A stretch of 64,000 bases of DNA from Planctomycetota bacterium (GTDB lineage Bacteria > Planctomycetota > UBA1135 > JAKEFM01): contig JAKEFM010000003.1 in the NCBI GenBank assembly GCA_022616055.1, forward strand, positions 5,091 to 69,090, in the 5' to 3' direction. Each line of letters starts with the position of its first letter. Position 1 is the first letter of the stretch. Both the position numbers and the translations under genes were made by a program. Below the pieces are notes generated by a model, which was not told where the DNA came from, searched no databases, and saw nothing but the letters and a program-made list of their open reading frames with translations. Positions 29,318 through 39,508 of this stretch are shown one piece after another.

Positions 29318-30433
29318 GTGCGCCTCCCCCGTCCTGCCGGCCCGATCCTCTCCTCCTTCCTCCTCCTCGGGGCCCCCTCGTGCTCGAAGGGGGGGAACGG
29401 GCCCCGCCTGGAGTTCGAGGCGACCTTCCACGACTTCGGGACCCTCGCGACCGAGGACAAGGGCGCCCACGTCTACCGGGGGTGGAATACCGGGGGCGCC
29501 GAGCTGGTGATCCGGACGGCCCGCGCCTCCTGCGGGTGCGCCGTGCCCGATCTCGTCGCGATCGGGAAGGACGGGCTCGAGCGGCGCGGGGCGACGGAGC
29601 GCACCGGGGACGTCCTGCGCCTCGCGCCCGGGGAGACCCTCGAGGTGAGGCTCGCCGTCGATCCCAGGGTCGGGGCGGCCTCCGGGGTGCCGGAGATCCA
29701 CGGGAACGTCCTCCTCGAGACGAGCGAGGTCGGCCGGCCCTACCTCCGGCTCGAGTTCCACGTCCGGTTCGACGTGCCCGTCAACGTGACCCCCCCGAGC
29801 ATCGACGTCGAGGCCGTCGGCCGCCGGGAGAGGGTCGTGAAGGAGATCCTCCTCGTTCCGACGCTCGGGCGGACCTTCGACATCTCCCCGCCCGACTCGC
29901 TCCCTCCCGGCGTGACGGCGGACCTGCGGCTCGAGGAGCGGCCCGGGAAGGGCGGGGCGACGCTGCGGACCTACCGGCTCCGCGTGACGCTCGGGCCGGG
30001 GCTCCCGGAGGGGTTCCTGTCGACCGTCCTCCTCCTCCCCACCGGCTACCGGGAGGGGCACCGGATCGAGATCCCGCTGCGCGCCCGGGTCGTCGGCGAC
30101 CTCCTCCTCCACCCCGCCGGCTTCGAGCTGGGGATCGTCCGTCCGTCCTCGGCCGACGACCCGACCCCCTCGCCCGGTCGCAGGGTCGCGGTCCGCTACA
30201 CCCCCGCCGGGAAGACGCTGCGCCTCGGCGAGCCTCGGGTCGAGGGGGACGAGTCGGCCCACCTCAAGGCAAGCCTCCGCGAGATCGAGGTCGGGCGGAG
30301 GTTCGAGGTCCTCCTCGAGCCCGGCCCCGGGATCGCCGCCCCTGTGTTCAAGGGCTCCGTCGTGATCCCGACGGACGATCCGGAGAACCCGGAGATCAAG
30401 ATCCCCTACCGCGGCTTCGCGCGGGAGGGGTGA
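29318..30433 (+). CDS. DUF1573 Ig-like repeat lipoprotein
   Basis: LLLGAPSC lipobox; HDFG...NTGGAELVI...ASCGC signature; C-terminal IPTDDPENPEIKIP. Confidence 0.85.
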   Translation: MRLPRPAGPILSSFLLLGAPSCSKGGNGPRLEFEATFHDFGTLATEDKGAHVYRGWNTGGAELVIRTARASCGCAVPDLVAIGKDGLERRGATERTGDVLRLAPGETLEVRLAVDPRVGAASGVPEIHGNVLLETSEVGRPYLRLEFHVRFDVPVNVTPPSIDVEAVGRRERVVKEILLVPTLGRTFDISPPDSLPPGVTADLRLEERPGKGGATLRTYRLRVTLGPGLPEGFLSTVLLLPTGYREGHRIEIPLRARVVGDLLLHPAGFELGIVRPSSADDPTPSPGRRVAVRYTPAGKTLRLGEPRVEGDESAHLKASLREIEVGRRFEVLLEPGPGIAAPVFKGSVVIPTDDPENPEIKIPYRGFAREG

Positions 30434-30705
30434 GAGGGCTTTCCCGCGCGTGCGGGGAGGCGCCAGAGTTCCCTCGTCTCCTCGCGGGTCTCGAGGGACC
30501 GGTGGCGAGGTCCACAGGGCGGGGCGCGAGCTCCCGATCCGGCTGCACGCCTGTATCCAAGGGTTCGCCTGCCGCATAGGCTTGCTCCCGCTTCCTGCAC
30601 GGAGTCCAGGTCGGTTCGATGTAGGCCGGGCCCGCCCTTCGATCGCCCGAGGAGGAACTCGCGCATGCGCGAGGAGCAGAGCGGCCGGCGATGAGGAGGT
30701 AGTCC

Positions 30706-33225
30706 ATGAGGATCTGGAATGCCGTCGCCTCCGCCTTCGTGGGGCTCGCCTCGCTCGCAAGCCTGGCATCGACGGGCCCGAACCCCGCCCCCGCGTTCCG
30801 GCCTCCCCACACCGGAAACGGATCGCCTCCGGACCCCAGCGCCTCCCAGGTCCGACGCGAACCTGCGATTCCCCCGTCGGCCTCACGGGACACGCGCCCC
30901 GCGCTAGCGGAATTGCGCGGCCGATTCCTTCTCCCCGAGGGGGCTGGGCCCGCCGCGGGAGCCCGCGTACGACTCCACGGCTGGCCCGGAAACGACGAGC
31001 TCGTCATGCGCTACGGACTCCCGAAAGACTGGAAGGACCTCGACGCGGAGACGGACTCCGAGGGGAGGTTCTCGTTCCGGTTCGATCCGCCGCGCGCCTA
31101 CCAGTTCACGCTGGACGCGAAGCACCCCGGCCATGCGGAGGCCAGCTGGCGCTGGGGAGATCTGCCGCCGGGCGAGGTCGTCGACATAGGGGAGATTCCC
31201 CTTGTCCGGACGGGCTCGATCGCCGGCCGCGTCGTGAATCGGGAGGGGAAGCCGGCGGGCGGGGACTGGCATGTCTACGCCGACACGGCGTACCGACAGC
31301 CGGGGGAAGGCGGTGACACCACGACGGTGCGGGGCCCGGCGGATCCGGTGACGGGCGAGTTCCGGCTCGAGGACCTGCCCGCCGGTCCCGCGGAACTGAA
31401 GGCATTCTCTCGGATCGCGAACTGGATCGACGGCCCGACGGTGAACGTGGAGATCGGCAAGGAGGCGCGGGCCGACATCGTCTATGAGGGTCCCGACAAC
31501 AGCCGTCGGATCACCGTCGTCGCCTTCACGGGACTCTTCCACATCTTCTCGCACGAGGTCCGCTCGATCACGCTCCTCGGGTCTCTCCGGGGCCCGATCG
31601 TCGCGACGGAGATCGAGGGCTCTTCCCAGAGCTGGAGCTTCGACGACCTCGAGCCGGGGACGTACACGATCGAGATCCGGGATCCGCGCTTCAAGCCCTG
31701 GGTCCGCGAGGGCGTGTCCCCCGGCGAGTCCGTGGACGCCCAGTTGGTGGGAAGCGCGGCCTTCTCTCTAACGGTAGTGGACGGCGCAGGCGCTCCCGTT
31801 CACGACTACCGGCTCAAGCTCCGCTACCGGTTCTCCGACCGATCCGGCTCGTCGCAGGAGTTCGAACTGCGGAGTCGCGGCCAGCCCGAGCCCGAGGGGG
31901 GCCTCTATTCAGGCATCGTCCCCGGGGACTGCACCGTCGTCGTCGAGGCCCCCGGCCAGGCGGTCGCGGAGGTTCCCGTCGATCGCCTGAAGTCGGACGA
32001 GACCCGCATCGTCAACGTGCGCCTCGAGGCGGGAACGACGGTCGCGGGGGTCGTCGTGCTGGCCGACGGCAAGACACCGTTGGGGAGCGTGAAGGTCCGG
32101 CTCTGCCCCTGGGAAGCCTCCCCCTCCGAGGGCGTCCGAGTCGTAGACCACGGTTCGGAGAGCGGACCGGAGACGCAGACGGACGCCTCGGGGCGGTTCG
32201 AATTCCGGAACGTGTCGGACGGCCGCTATCGGATCGTCGCCGAGGTGAATCCCCTCGTCACGGAGGAGCGAGTGGTCGGCGTCGACGCGTCGCGATCGCC
32301 GGATCCCATCCGGATCCTGCTCCCTGGCTTCGGCTCCCTGAGGGGAAGGGTCCTCGGTCCCCCGGGCGCGCGGTTCGGCGGCTTCCAGGTGAGCGCGCGC
32401 CCGGACGAGGACCACCCGGACGAGCCGTTCTACTGGCACGAGCACGAGCCGCCGGTCGCCGAGGTCGCCGCCGACGGCTCCTTCCGCGTGGGGCCGGTCC
32501 CCGCCGGCCGCGTCCGCGTCTCCGCCCGCCTAGGGCAGGCCTTACTTCCCGAGGGCTTCAACTCGAGGTGGGGAACGGAAGGCGCGACCCTCGAGCTCGG
32601 CCGCGTCGAGGTCCGCGAGGGTCCGGACACGGAGGCCGAATTCGACCTGCGCGAACGCTTCCCGGGCTTCCTCCTCGTGACGGCGACCGTCGACGGCCAG
32701 CCGGCGCCAGGACTGGTCGTCGAGCTGGCCGGCCACCTCGGAGAGACGGGAGGCCAGCTCGGCGCAGACGGGACGGCGCGCTTGGGTCCCCTGTTCGCGG
32801 GGGAGTGGATTCCCTGGGTCCGGCCCATCGAGGGAGGGTGGATCGCGTCGTCGGCTCCGGTCGAGGTGCCCCCCGCCGGCGAGGCGAGCGTGCGGATCGA
32901 CGTGAAGCTCGTCGAGGGATCTCTCCTTGTGCTCGACGCGGAGTCGGGCAAGCCCCTGGCGAACCGATACGTCGACATGCTCTTCACCCGGGAGCTGGGC
33001 AGAGGCCGGGCCGTGCGCTGGCCCAACAGGGCCAAGACGGACGGAAAGGGAATCGTGACCTTCCGTCTCCCCCCGGGCACCCACGGCCTCGCCGACGGAG
33101 GTGACGGGAAGGGCTTCTTCGTTCCCGGCGCGGGTCCTGTCGAGGTCCGATGGCCTCCCCCCGGCGGGCCCCCGCTCGAAGTCAGGATCCGAAAGGCGAC
33201 GGCGATCCAACGGCCGGGGAGGTAG
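30706..33225 (+). CDS. Secreted multi carboxypeptidase-regulatory-like (transthyretin-like) domain protein
   Basis: GAGGAGG SD; signal peptide and Pro-rich linker; repeated TD..GRF / GSIAGRVV / GSLRGRV beta-sandwich modules. Confidence 0.85.
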   Translation: MRIWNAVASAFVGLASLASLASTGPNPAPAFRPPHTGNGSPPDPSASQVRREPAIPPSASRDTRPALAELRGRFLLPEGAGPAAGARVRLHGWPGNDELVMRYGLPKDWKDLDAETDSEGRFSFRFDPPRAYQFTLDAKHPGHAEASWRWGDLPPGEVVDIGEIPLVRTGSIAGRVVNREGKPAGGDWHVYADTAYRQPGEGGDTTTVRGPADPVTGEFRLEDLPAGPAELKAFSRIANWIDGPTVNVEIGKEARADIVYEGPDNSRRITVVAFTGLFHIFSHEVRSITLLGSLRGPIVATEIEGSSQSWSFDDLEPGTYTIEIRDPRFKPWVREGVSPGESVDAQLVGSAAFSLTVVDGAGAPVHDYRLKLRYRFSDRSGSSQEFELRSRGQPEPEGGLYSGIVPGDCTVVVEAPGQAVAEVPVDRLKSDETRIVNVRLEAGTTVAGVVVLADGKTPLGSVKVRLCPWEASPSEGVRVVDHGSESGPETQTDASGRFEFRNVSDGRYRIVAEVNPLVTEERVVGVDASRSPDPIRILLPGFGSLRGRVLGPPGARFGGFQVSARPDEDHPDEPFYWHEHEPPVAEVAADGSFRVGPVPAGRVRVSARLGQALLPEGFNSRWGTEGATLELGRVEVREGPDTEAEFDLRERFPGFLLVTATVDGQPAPGLVVELAGHLGETGGQLGADGTARLGPLFAGEWIPWVRPIEGGWIASSAPVEVPPAGEASVRIDVKLVEGSLLVLDAESGKPLANRYVDMLFTRELGRGRAVRWPNRAKTDGKGIVTFRLPPGTHGLADGGDGKGFFVPGAGPVEVRWPPPGGPPLEVRIRKATAIQRPGR

Positions 33226-33343
33226 GTCCTCAGGGTCGTCGTCAGGGACGATCCCCGCGCCGCCCCCCGCCTCCCGCTCGCGATCCGCGCCATGCCTGGC
33301 CCGCGCCGGCGCGTCGCCCTCCACGATGGAAGCGAGATCCGCT

Positions 33344-34912
33344 TCAGACGTACTTGCGCGTCCTCGCGAAGGCCTCGCGGAGCGGGAGGCGCGGCCTGCG
33401 CGCGACGAAGAGGCGGAGGCGGCGCTCGTACGGCATCGCCAGGGGATGGTCGTGCTGCCCCACCTCTTCGACCTCGCCGAACTCCTCCAGGTGGCCCTCC
33501 CGCTCTCCCCCCACGATGAGGACCACCTCGAGCGGACGGTCCGGCAGTCCCCAGAGGAAGTAGTTGTTGTGTCCGCTGCACACGGGCGGGAGCGGGAACT
33601 CGCGCGAGAAGTACTCGAGCGCGCCCGCCTCCCCGTAGTTCTGGACGTAAACCACGCAGCGCGCGCTCTCCTCCTCGGGCAGGGCTGCGTAGACCCGCGA
33701 GACGGCCTGCGCCAGCTCGCGCCAGCCGAAGCAGTCGGCGGAGTGCTGGGGCAACGCCCCCGCTTCGTGGCGCTCGTCGCGGGGCGGCTCGATGCCGACG
33801 CCGCGCGCGTAGGCGAGGAAGCGCTCGGGGGAGAGGACCGGAAGCGCGAACGGCACGGTCGCGAGGCCGGCCGCCGCGAGCGTGCCTCCGTAGGCGAGGG
33901 CGACGGCACTTCGCGCGCGCGTCGTGAGCCGGCGCTCGACCGCCACGGCCCCGCCGGCGAACAGGAGCGAGTACAGGGGCGCCAGGTAGTAGGACTTCGC
34001 CTGGAGAGCCATCATCCCTCCCGTCGTCACGAGCGCCGCGATCCCGAGTCCTCGGTACGGCCGCATCGAGGGCGCCGCGAGGAGGGCCGCGAGCCCGACG
34101 AGGGCGAGTCCCGCACCGAGCGGGTTCGCGTTGAGGAACTGCCCCTGGAGGAACTCGAGCGGGGTCACCGGGGCGTTCTTGAGCGCGGCGGCGTTGCGCA
34201 GGAACTCGAGCGTCGGCCAGCCGTGGCGGGCCTGCCACGCGAGGTGGGGCGCGACCACCAGGGCCGCGAGCGCGAGCGCGCCGAGGAACCCGCGGCTGGC
34301 GAAGCGCGCGCGGAGAGGCGTCGCGAGCGCCCCCGCGAGGAGCGCGAGCACGAAGAAGGCGACGCTGTGCTTGGTGAGCATTCCGACGCCGGCGAGGAGG
34401 CCGATCGCGAGCCATGCGCGCTCCCCCGCACCGCGCGCGAGCCGCGCGAGGAGAAACGCGAGCCCCGTCCAGACGAGCGGCTCGAATGCGTTCATCGAAT
34501 AGACCGCGCAGATCCCCCGATTCACGGGTGCGGCCGCGACCGCCAGGGCGGACAGCGCCTGCGCGCGGCGTCCGCCGCCGAGCTCGCGCGCGAGAGCCGC
34601 CCCGAGCACGACGAGCGCCCCGCCCGCGAGGGCGGGGATCCACCGCAGCGCCAGGAGGCCCTCCCCGAAGAGCGCGCGGTCGAGGGCGAGGATCGCGATC
34701 GAGACCGGCGGGTGATCGACGTAGCCCCAGGCGAGCCTGCGGGCGCACGCGAGGTAGTAGAACTCGTCGCGGAAGACCCCGTACGCCGTCGCGACCGCGA
34801 CGAGGTGCAGCGCGACGACGGCGGCCGCGACCCACCCCGCGCCGCGCGAGAGGGTTGGCCGAGCCGCGGCGGCCTCGGCCGGGAAAGGAGGCGGCTCGCC
34901 GATCGCGCTCAC
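33344..34912 (-). CDS. Glycosyltransferase family 39/83 (PMT/ArnT-like) membrane protein
   Basis: FRDEFYY...LAWGYVDHPP, GMLTK, PHLAWQ..HGWP, K.YY, NYGEAGAL, HNNYFLWG. Confidence 0.9.
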   Translation of the reverse strand: MSAIGEPPPFPAEAAAARPTLSRGAGWVAAAVVALHLVAVATAYGVFRDEFYYLACARRLAWGYVDHPPVSIAILALDRALFGEGLLALRWIPALAGGALVVLGAALARELGGGRRAQALSALAVAAAPVNRGICAVYSMNAFEPLVWTGLAFLLARLARGAGERAWLAIGLLAGVGMLTKHSVAFFVLALLAGALATPLRARFASRGFLGALALAALVVAPHLAWQARHGWPTLEFLRNAAALKNAPVTPLEFLQGQFLNANPLGAGLALVGLAALLAAPSMRPYRGLGIAALVTTGGMMALQAKSYYLAPLYSLLFAGGAVAVERRLTTRARSAVALAYGGTLAAAGLATVPFALPVLSPERFLAYARGVGIEPPRDERHEAGALPQHSADCFGWRELAQAVSRVYAALPEEESARCVVYVQNYGEAGALEYFSREFPLPPVCSGHNNYFLWGLPDRPLEVVLIVGGEREGHLEEFGEVEEVGQHDHPLAMPYERRLRLFVARRPRLPLREAFARTRKYV

Positions 34913-34958
34913 CCCTTCCCGTGGCGGGTGCCGTCGATCCTCGGGGTCCGCCGTGCGT

Positions 34959-36272
34959 TCATCGGTCGCGCAGCGCCTTCACGTCGGTCCGAAGGGCCTC
35001 CAGCCTCTCCTCGATGCGCCTCAGGTGGCCCGACACATCAGTATCCAATTTGGCTTCCGCCTCGCGCGGAGCGACGCGATCGAGATCCGCGCGCAGCACG
35101 TAGCCGGGCGGGGTCGTGCTCCACGGCTCCCGGCGATCCATCAGGCCCTTCCCGAGCAGGAACAGCCGCTCCGTGTCGTCCGGGTTGAACGCGTCGACGG
35201 AGAGCTCGAGCCCGTCCGGCATCGTCTGGAACCGGAACTCCGCGCCCCAGGCGCGCGTCAACATGTACAGGTGCAGGACATGCTCCGACACCATCGTGTA
35301 GCTCATCATCGTGACCGTCCGCAGGGCGATCGCGAGCGTGTCGCGCTGCACTTCCACGGGGCGCGCTCGGAGGGAACCGTTGTGGATCACGTAGAGCGTC
35401 GCGTCGACGTCGTCCCAGCTCATCCCCGCACGGTCCGCCGACAGGTATCCGTCGAACACGTTCTGCGGAATGAAGAGGGGTCGGACCACCGCCCCGTCGA
35501 CGTGGAGCTCGTCCCTCCGACCGTGGGTGAACCGCACGGGCGGGTACACCACCGGTATCGCGGCCGATGCGGCCAGCACGTCCCGGAATAGCTCCAGAGC
35601 TTCCGGGCCGCCGCGCGACGCGATCGCGCCGAGATCCCAGACGCAGAAGTGCCCGACGTCGAGATTGGTCGAGCCGACCCAGCACCGCCGGCCCTCGGCG
35701 TGTCGCGCGGCGACGGCCTGCAACAGCGACTCGTCGACGGCCCGCGCGATCGAGGCGCGGAGCGGGGAATTGTCCGCGAGCGACTCGTCCCACAGCACGG
35801 AGGGCATCAACCCCTTCTCGCGGTGCAGGTCGCCGGGCTGGATGCGCCGGAACAGCTCCTCGAGCCGGTCGTCGAACGCGGGGCCCGCGAAGGCGAACGG
35901 CGCCATCAGGGCTCCCACGCTGACCCCGGTCACGCACCGGAAGTCCGGACGGTCGCCCCGGGCCGTCCAGGCCGTGAGGATGCCCGCGCCGAACGCGCCG
36001 TTCACGCCTCCCGAGCTGAGCACCAGCATGTCGAAATCGCGGCGTCCGTCGGCCGGCACGGGGAGGCGCGCGAACTGCGCGACGGCGTCGTCGAACGAGG
36101 CCTGGAACGCTTCGCTGGGGTACCCGTCGACCGCGCGCACATCCGCGAACGCAGGAAGGGGTTCGACTTGGCCCGGATGGTCCGGGAGCGTGGCGAACCG
36201 CGTCGGCCAGCCGCACCCTCCCCCGGCGAGGCCCGCCGCCAGCGCCACGGTGAACCTGTTGGACGCCGCCAT
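34959..36272 (-). CDS. Patatin-like phospholipase lipoprotein
   Basis: LSSGGVNGAFGAG, GVSVG (Ser), HVDGAV (Asp); probable start MAASNRFTVALAAGLAGGGC. The frame stays open further upstream. Confidence 0.88.
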   Translation of the reverse strand: MAASNRFTVALAAGLAGGGCGWPTRFATLPDHPGQVEPLPAFADVRAVDGYPSEAFQASFDDAVAQFARLPVPADGRRDFDMLVLSSGGVNGAFGAGILTAWTARGDRPDFRCVTGVSVGALMAPFAFAGPAFDDRLEELFRRIQPGDLHREKGLMPSVLWDESLADNSPLRASIARAVDESLLQAVAARHAEGRRCWVGSTNLDVGHFCVWDLGAIASRGGPEALELFRDVLAASAAIPVVYPPVRFTHGRRDELHVDGAVVRPLFIPQNVFDGYLSADRAGMSWDDVDATLYVIHNGSLRARPVEVQRDTLAIALRTVTMMSYTMVSEHVLHLYMLTRAWGAEFRFQTMPDGLELSVDAFNPDDTERLFLLGKGLMDRREPWSTTPPGYVLRADLDRVAPREAEAKLDTDVSGHLRRIEERLEALRTDVKALRDR

Positions 36273-37007
36273 GCGGAGAGCGACGGGTCTTCGATCGACG
36301 GCCTCGAGCGCCCGCTTCGCCTCGCTCGGGAGCGTGGGGCGCTCCTCCGGCGAGTGCGGATGGGCCGCGGCCGACTCCTCCGCGAGAAACAGCTTGTAGA
36401 TCGGTCGTGACATCGCATGCCTCTCTCTGGAGGTTATCCGGGCGACGACGCTCATCGACCACGCTCCATGTCCTGCAGCGCTCCGACCTTACTTGGCCGG
36501 GCCGTGAAGCGCGAAGACGGCCCGCGGCGCCGATTCGAGACGAGGGTCGCCGTCGGGGATGAGAGCGGGTCGGAGGGGACATCCTGCGGTCGTCTTCGCG
36601 GACGGCGGGCCTCCGTCTCAATCTATCCCCTCTGTCTCCAGCCCCGCGACGAGTCGATCCTCGGACGGGGCGTCCCACCCGGGCTCAGGTCGCACCGAGC
36701 CGGTGGGTCCCCATGGCGTCCTTGCGGGGGGGGGCCAGCCTCTCCTCCTCGAACCTCCCGGCGAGCGGCGCGCCCGCACCCCCTTCCGCGCCCGCGCTCC
36801 GGAGGTTGCCGCGCGCCGCGCCCGCCGGCCGGGAGGTGGGCTCCGCCCGCCGGCCACCCAGGGTTCCAGGGGGCGTAGAAACGGCCGGCACGCGCGGGAG
36901 GCTCCGGCGGACTCGGATGCCGCGCGTCGCGGCCGTTCTCGGGGTGTCTCGAGGGGCGGGCGACCGCCCCGGTCCACCCTGCCGGACCTCCGGTTCGGGC
37001 TGGAGGG

Positions 37008-38468
37008 TCAGGGACCGAAGACCTTCCGCTCCGGGTCGTAGCGGAGCCCTTCGCGCTCCTTCTCCCACCACTCCCGCAGCGCCGCGAGCGCCTGTTTGGC
37101 CGCCGGGCCGTCCGGGTCGGAGAGGCGGGCCGCCTTCTCCTCGCGCGCGCGCAGGCAGCGGTTCGCCGCCTCGAGGCGAACCAGTCTCGCCTCTCCCCTC
37201 TCGGCGAGGTCGAGGAGGGGAGGGATCCCGGCGGTGGATCCGAGATCGAGGAGCGCCGCCGCGATCCGGAGCCTCACCCACTCGTCGTCGATCCCCCGGT
37301 CGAGGGCGGCGCGCAGCGAGGGGACGGCCGAATCGTCGCCGAGCGCCCCGAGCGCCTCGGCCGCCTTCTCGACGACCCCCGGCTCAGGATCCGCGAGGGC
37401 CTTCGCGAGGGCGGGGACCGCCTCGCGCGCGCCCCGCTTCGCCAACTCCTCGGCCGCGTGAGCGCGGACGTTCGCGTGCTCGTCGCCAAGCTGGTGGAGG
37501 AGTTCCGCCACGCTCGTTCCGAGGCCGTGCTCGGGCTCCCCGTGGGGGTGGCCGTGGTCGATCCCCTCGGCCCGCTCCCCCCCGGGAAGGACGAGGAGGA
37601 GGAGACCCACGGCCGCGGCGGTGCACCCGATCGCCCCGCCGGAGCGGGAGAGACGGGACGCCCCTCTCCGAGCCGCTCGTGCGGCGGCCGCGAGGAGGAG
37701 CGCCGCCGCGAAGCAGACCATGATCGTCGGTCCGCTCGGACGGTCGTAGGAGACGAGGAGTCCGGCTCCGCTCACGAGGGCGCCGACGGTCCACCCGACC
37801 GCCAGGCGCGCCCCGATCCCCCCGGCGAGGAGGGCCGCGAAGACCGCCGGGGCGATCAGGTAGCAGAAGACGAGGAGCACCCCCGCGATCTGGACGCTGC
37901 TCGTGATGACGACCGCGAAGGTGAGATAGAAGACGAAGTCCCAGACGCGGACGCGGAGGCCGCGGCGATAGGCCTCCTCCGGATCGAGGGAGATCAGGAG
38001 GAAGCGGCGGCGAAGCGCGAAGTGGAGGGCCCCGATCGCGGCGTAGAGGGCCGCGGTCTTGCCGACCTGCGCCGGGGTCACCCAGACGATGCTCCCGGCG
38101 AGGAGGTTCTTCAGGTGCTCCGCACCGTGGGGCGAGCGCGCGGCGAGGAGGATCGCGGCGGCGCTCGCGACCGCGTAGGTGAGGCCGATCACCGCCTCCT
38201 GCGGCACGCGCTCGGTCCGGGTCCGCGTGAGGGCGAAGACGGCCGCCCCCCCCACCGCGAACAGGAGCGACCAGAGGTAGGCGGGTAGTCCGGTGGGGTC
38301 GTCTCCACGCAGGAACGCGACCGACCCGCCGAGGGCCGCGATCTGCGCGAGCGCGATGTCGACGAAGATGACCTTCCGCGCGAGCACGTGGATCCCGAGG
38401 TAGACGTGGATCCCCGTGAGGACGAGGCAGGCGAGGAAGGGGAGGGCGAGGATCTCGAGACGGTTCAT
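37008..38468 (-). CDS. ZnuB/TroCD-type metal ABC permease fused to His-rich linker and HEAT repeats
   Basis: GIHVLARKVIFVDIALAQIAALG, EAVIG, LLAGSI.WV, SSVQIAGVLLVF; extra TM, DHGHPHGEPEHG, then HEAT repeats (DEHANVRAHAAEELA, DPEPGVVEKAAEALG). Confidence 0.9.
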   Translation of the reverse strand: MNRLEILALPFLACLVLTGIHVYLGIHVLARKVIFVDIALAQIAALGGSVAFLRGDDPTGLPAYLWSLLFAVGGAAVFALTRTRTERVPQEAVIGLTYAVASAAAILLAARSPHGAEHLKNLLAGSIVWVTPAQVGKTAALYAAIGALHFALRRRFLLISLDPEEAYRRGLRVRVWDFVFYLTFAVVITSSVQIAGVLLVFCYLIAPAVFAALLAGGIGARLAVGWTVGALVSGAGLLVSYDRPSGPTIMVCFAAALLLAAAARAARRGASRLSRSGGAIGCTAAAVGLLLLVLPGGERAEGIDHGHPHGEPEHGLGTSVAELLHQLGDEHANVRAHAAEELAKRGAREAVPALAKALADPEPGVVEKAAEALGALGDDSAVPSLRAALDRGIDDEWVRLRIAAALLDLGSTAGIPPLLDLAERGEARLVRLEAANRCLRAREEKAARLSDPDGPAAKQALAALREWWEKEREGLRYDPERKVFGP

Positions 38469-39499
38469 CCGGGGGCGGCCAGAGCTCCCGCGACCTCCTC
38501 GACCACCTTCCCGTGGAAGGTGACGACGTCGCGCTCCCCTCCGAACCCGCCGACCTCGAGGGGGAGGACGAGGACGGAGACCCCCGTCTTCTCCTTCAGG
38601 TAGTCGGTCGAGCGGCGCTCGACGAAGGGGCGCGTGACGAGGAAGGGGATCTTCCCCCTCTCGAGGAGCTCGCGGACCTCCTCGCGGTGCTTCGCGGAGG
38701 GCTCGATCCCGGGCTTCGGCTCCACGTTCGCCGCGACCGTGAGCCCGAACCGCCGGGCGAAGTAGGACCAGTCGCGGTGGTAGGTGACGACCGACTTCCC
38801 GGCGTGGGGCGCCATCCTCGCCAGCCAGCCGCCGAGGGACTCGCGGAGGGGCTTCCCCGTCGCGCCCGGAAGGGCGAGGGCCTCCTCCAGCCGGCCCGAC
38901 TCGGCGAGACGGACGAGGCGGTCCCCCCCCACTTCCGCGAGGAGGGCCGGTCCGAAGAACGCCTCTTCCAGCCGTCGCCGGAACGCCTTGCGGCGCTCCT
39001 CGAAGTACCGGGCCTCGGCCGGCGCGGCGCGGGCAAGGGCGGAGGCGATCGTGTCCGCCACCGGAAGCGCGTTCAGTGGGTCCGTGAGGTAGTGCGGATT
39101 CCCGAACGGGTGGACGTCCCCCTCGGCGCGGCTCGCTCCCGCGGCCGGGACCTCGAGGACCGAGATCCCGGCGGAGCAGTCGACGAAGCCGCTCCCCCCT
39201 CGGACGATCCGGGGGTTCCGGGCCCCCTCCGTGATCGGCCCGAGCCATCCGACCTCGTAGTCGAGGCCGTTCACGAGGAGGAGGTCCGCGTCGCGCAGGG
39301 TCGCGATGAAGGAGGGCTTGGGGTCGAGGAAGTGAGGGTCCTGCCGGGGCGCACAGAGCGCCTCGACCGTGACGCGGTCCCCGCCGACCTCCTCGCAGAT
39401 CGCCTTGAGACTCGGCAGGGTCGCGACGACGCGGACCGGCGAGGCCGCGCTCGTGGCGGGGAGGAAGGAGACCAGGAGAGTCGAGATGAGGGTTTTCAT
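38465..39499 (-). CDS. ZnuA/TroA-family metal-binding substrate-binding protein
   Basis: Signal peptide; QDPHF, GDVHPFGNPHY, VTYH, VEPKPGIEPSAKH. Confidence 0.93.
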   Translation of the reverse strand: MKTLISTLLVSFLPATSAASPVRVVATLPSLKAICEEVGGDRVTVEALCAPRQDPHFLDPKPSFIATLRDADLLLVNGLDYEVGWLGPITEGARNPRIVRGGSGFVDCSAGISVLEVPAAGASRAEGDVHPFGNPHYLTDPLNALPVADTIASALARAAPAEARYFEERRKAFRRRLEEAFFGPALLAEVGGDRLVRLAESGRLEEALALPGATGKPLRESLGGWLARMAPHAGKSVVTYHRDWSYFARRFGLTVAANVEPKPGIEPSAKHREEVRELLERGKIPFLVTRPFVERRSTDYLKEKTGVSVLVLPLEVGGFGGERDVVTFHGKVVEEVAGALAAPG

Positions 39500-39508
39500 C
39501 GGGATCCC

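Noticed and set aside
36456-37007. 550-bp non-coding gap, checked for tRNA, riboswitch, IS ends or a missing ABC ATPase
   Set aside because: No cloverleaf, terminal inverted repeats, Walker motifs or convincing ORF; hairpins are explained by GC content.
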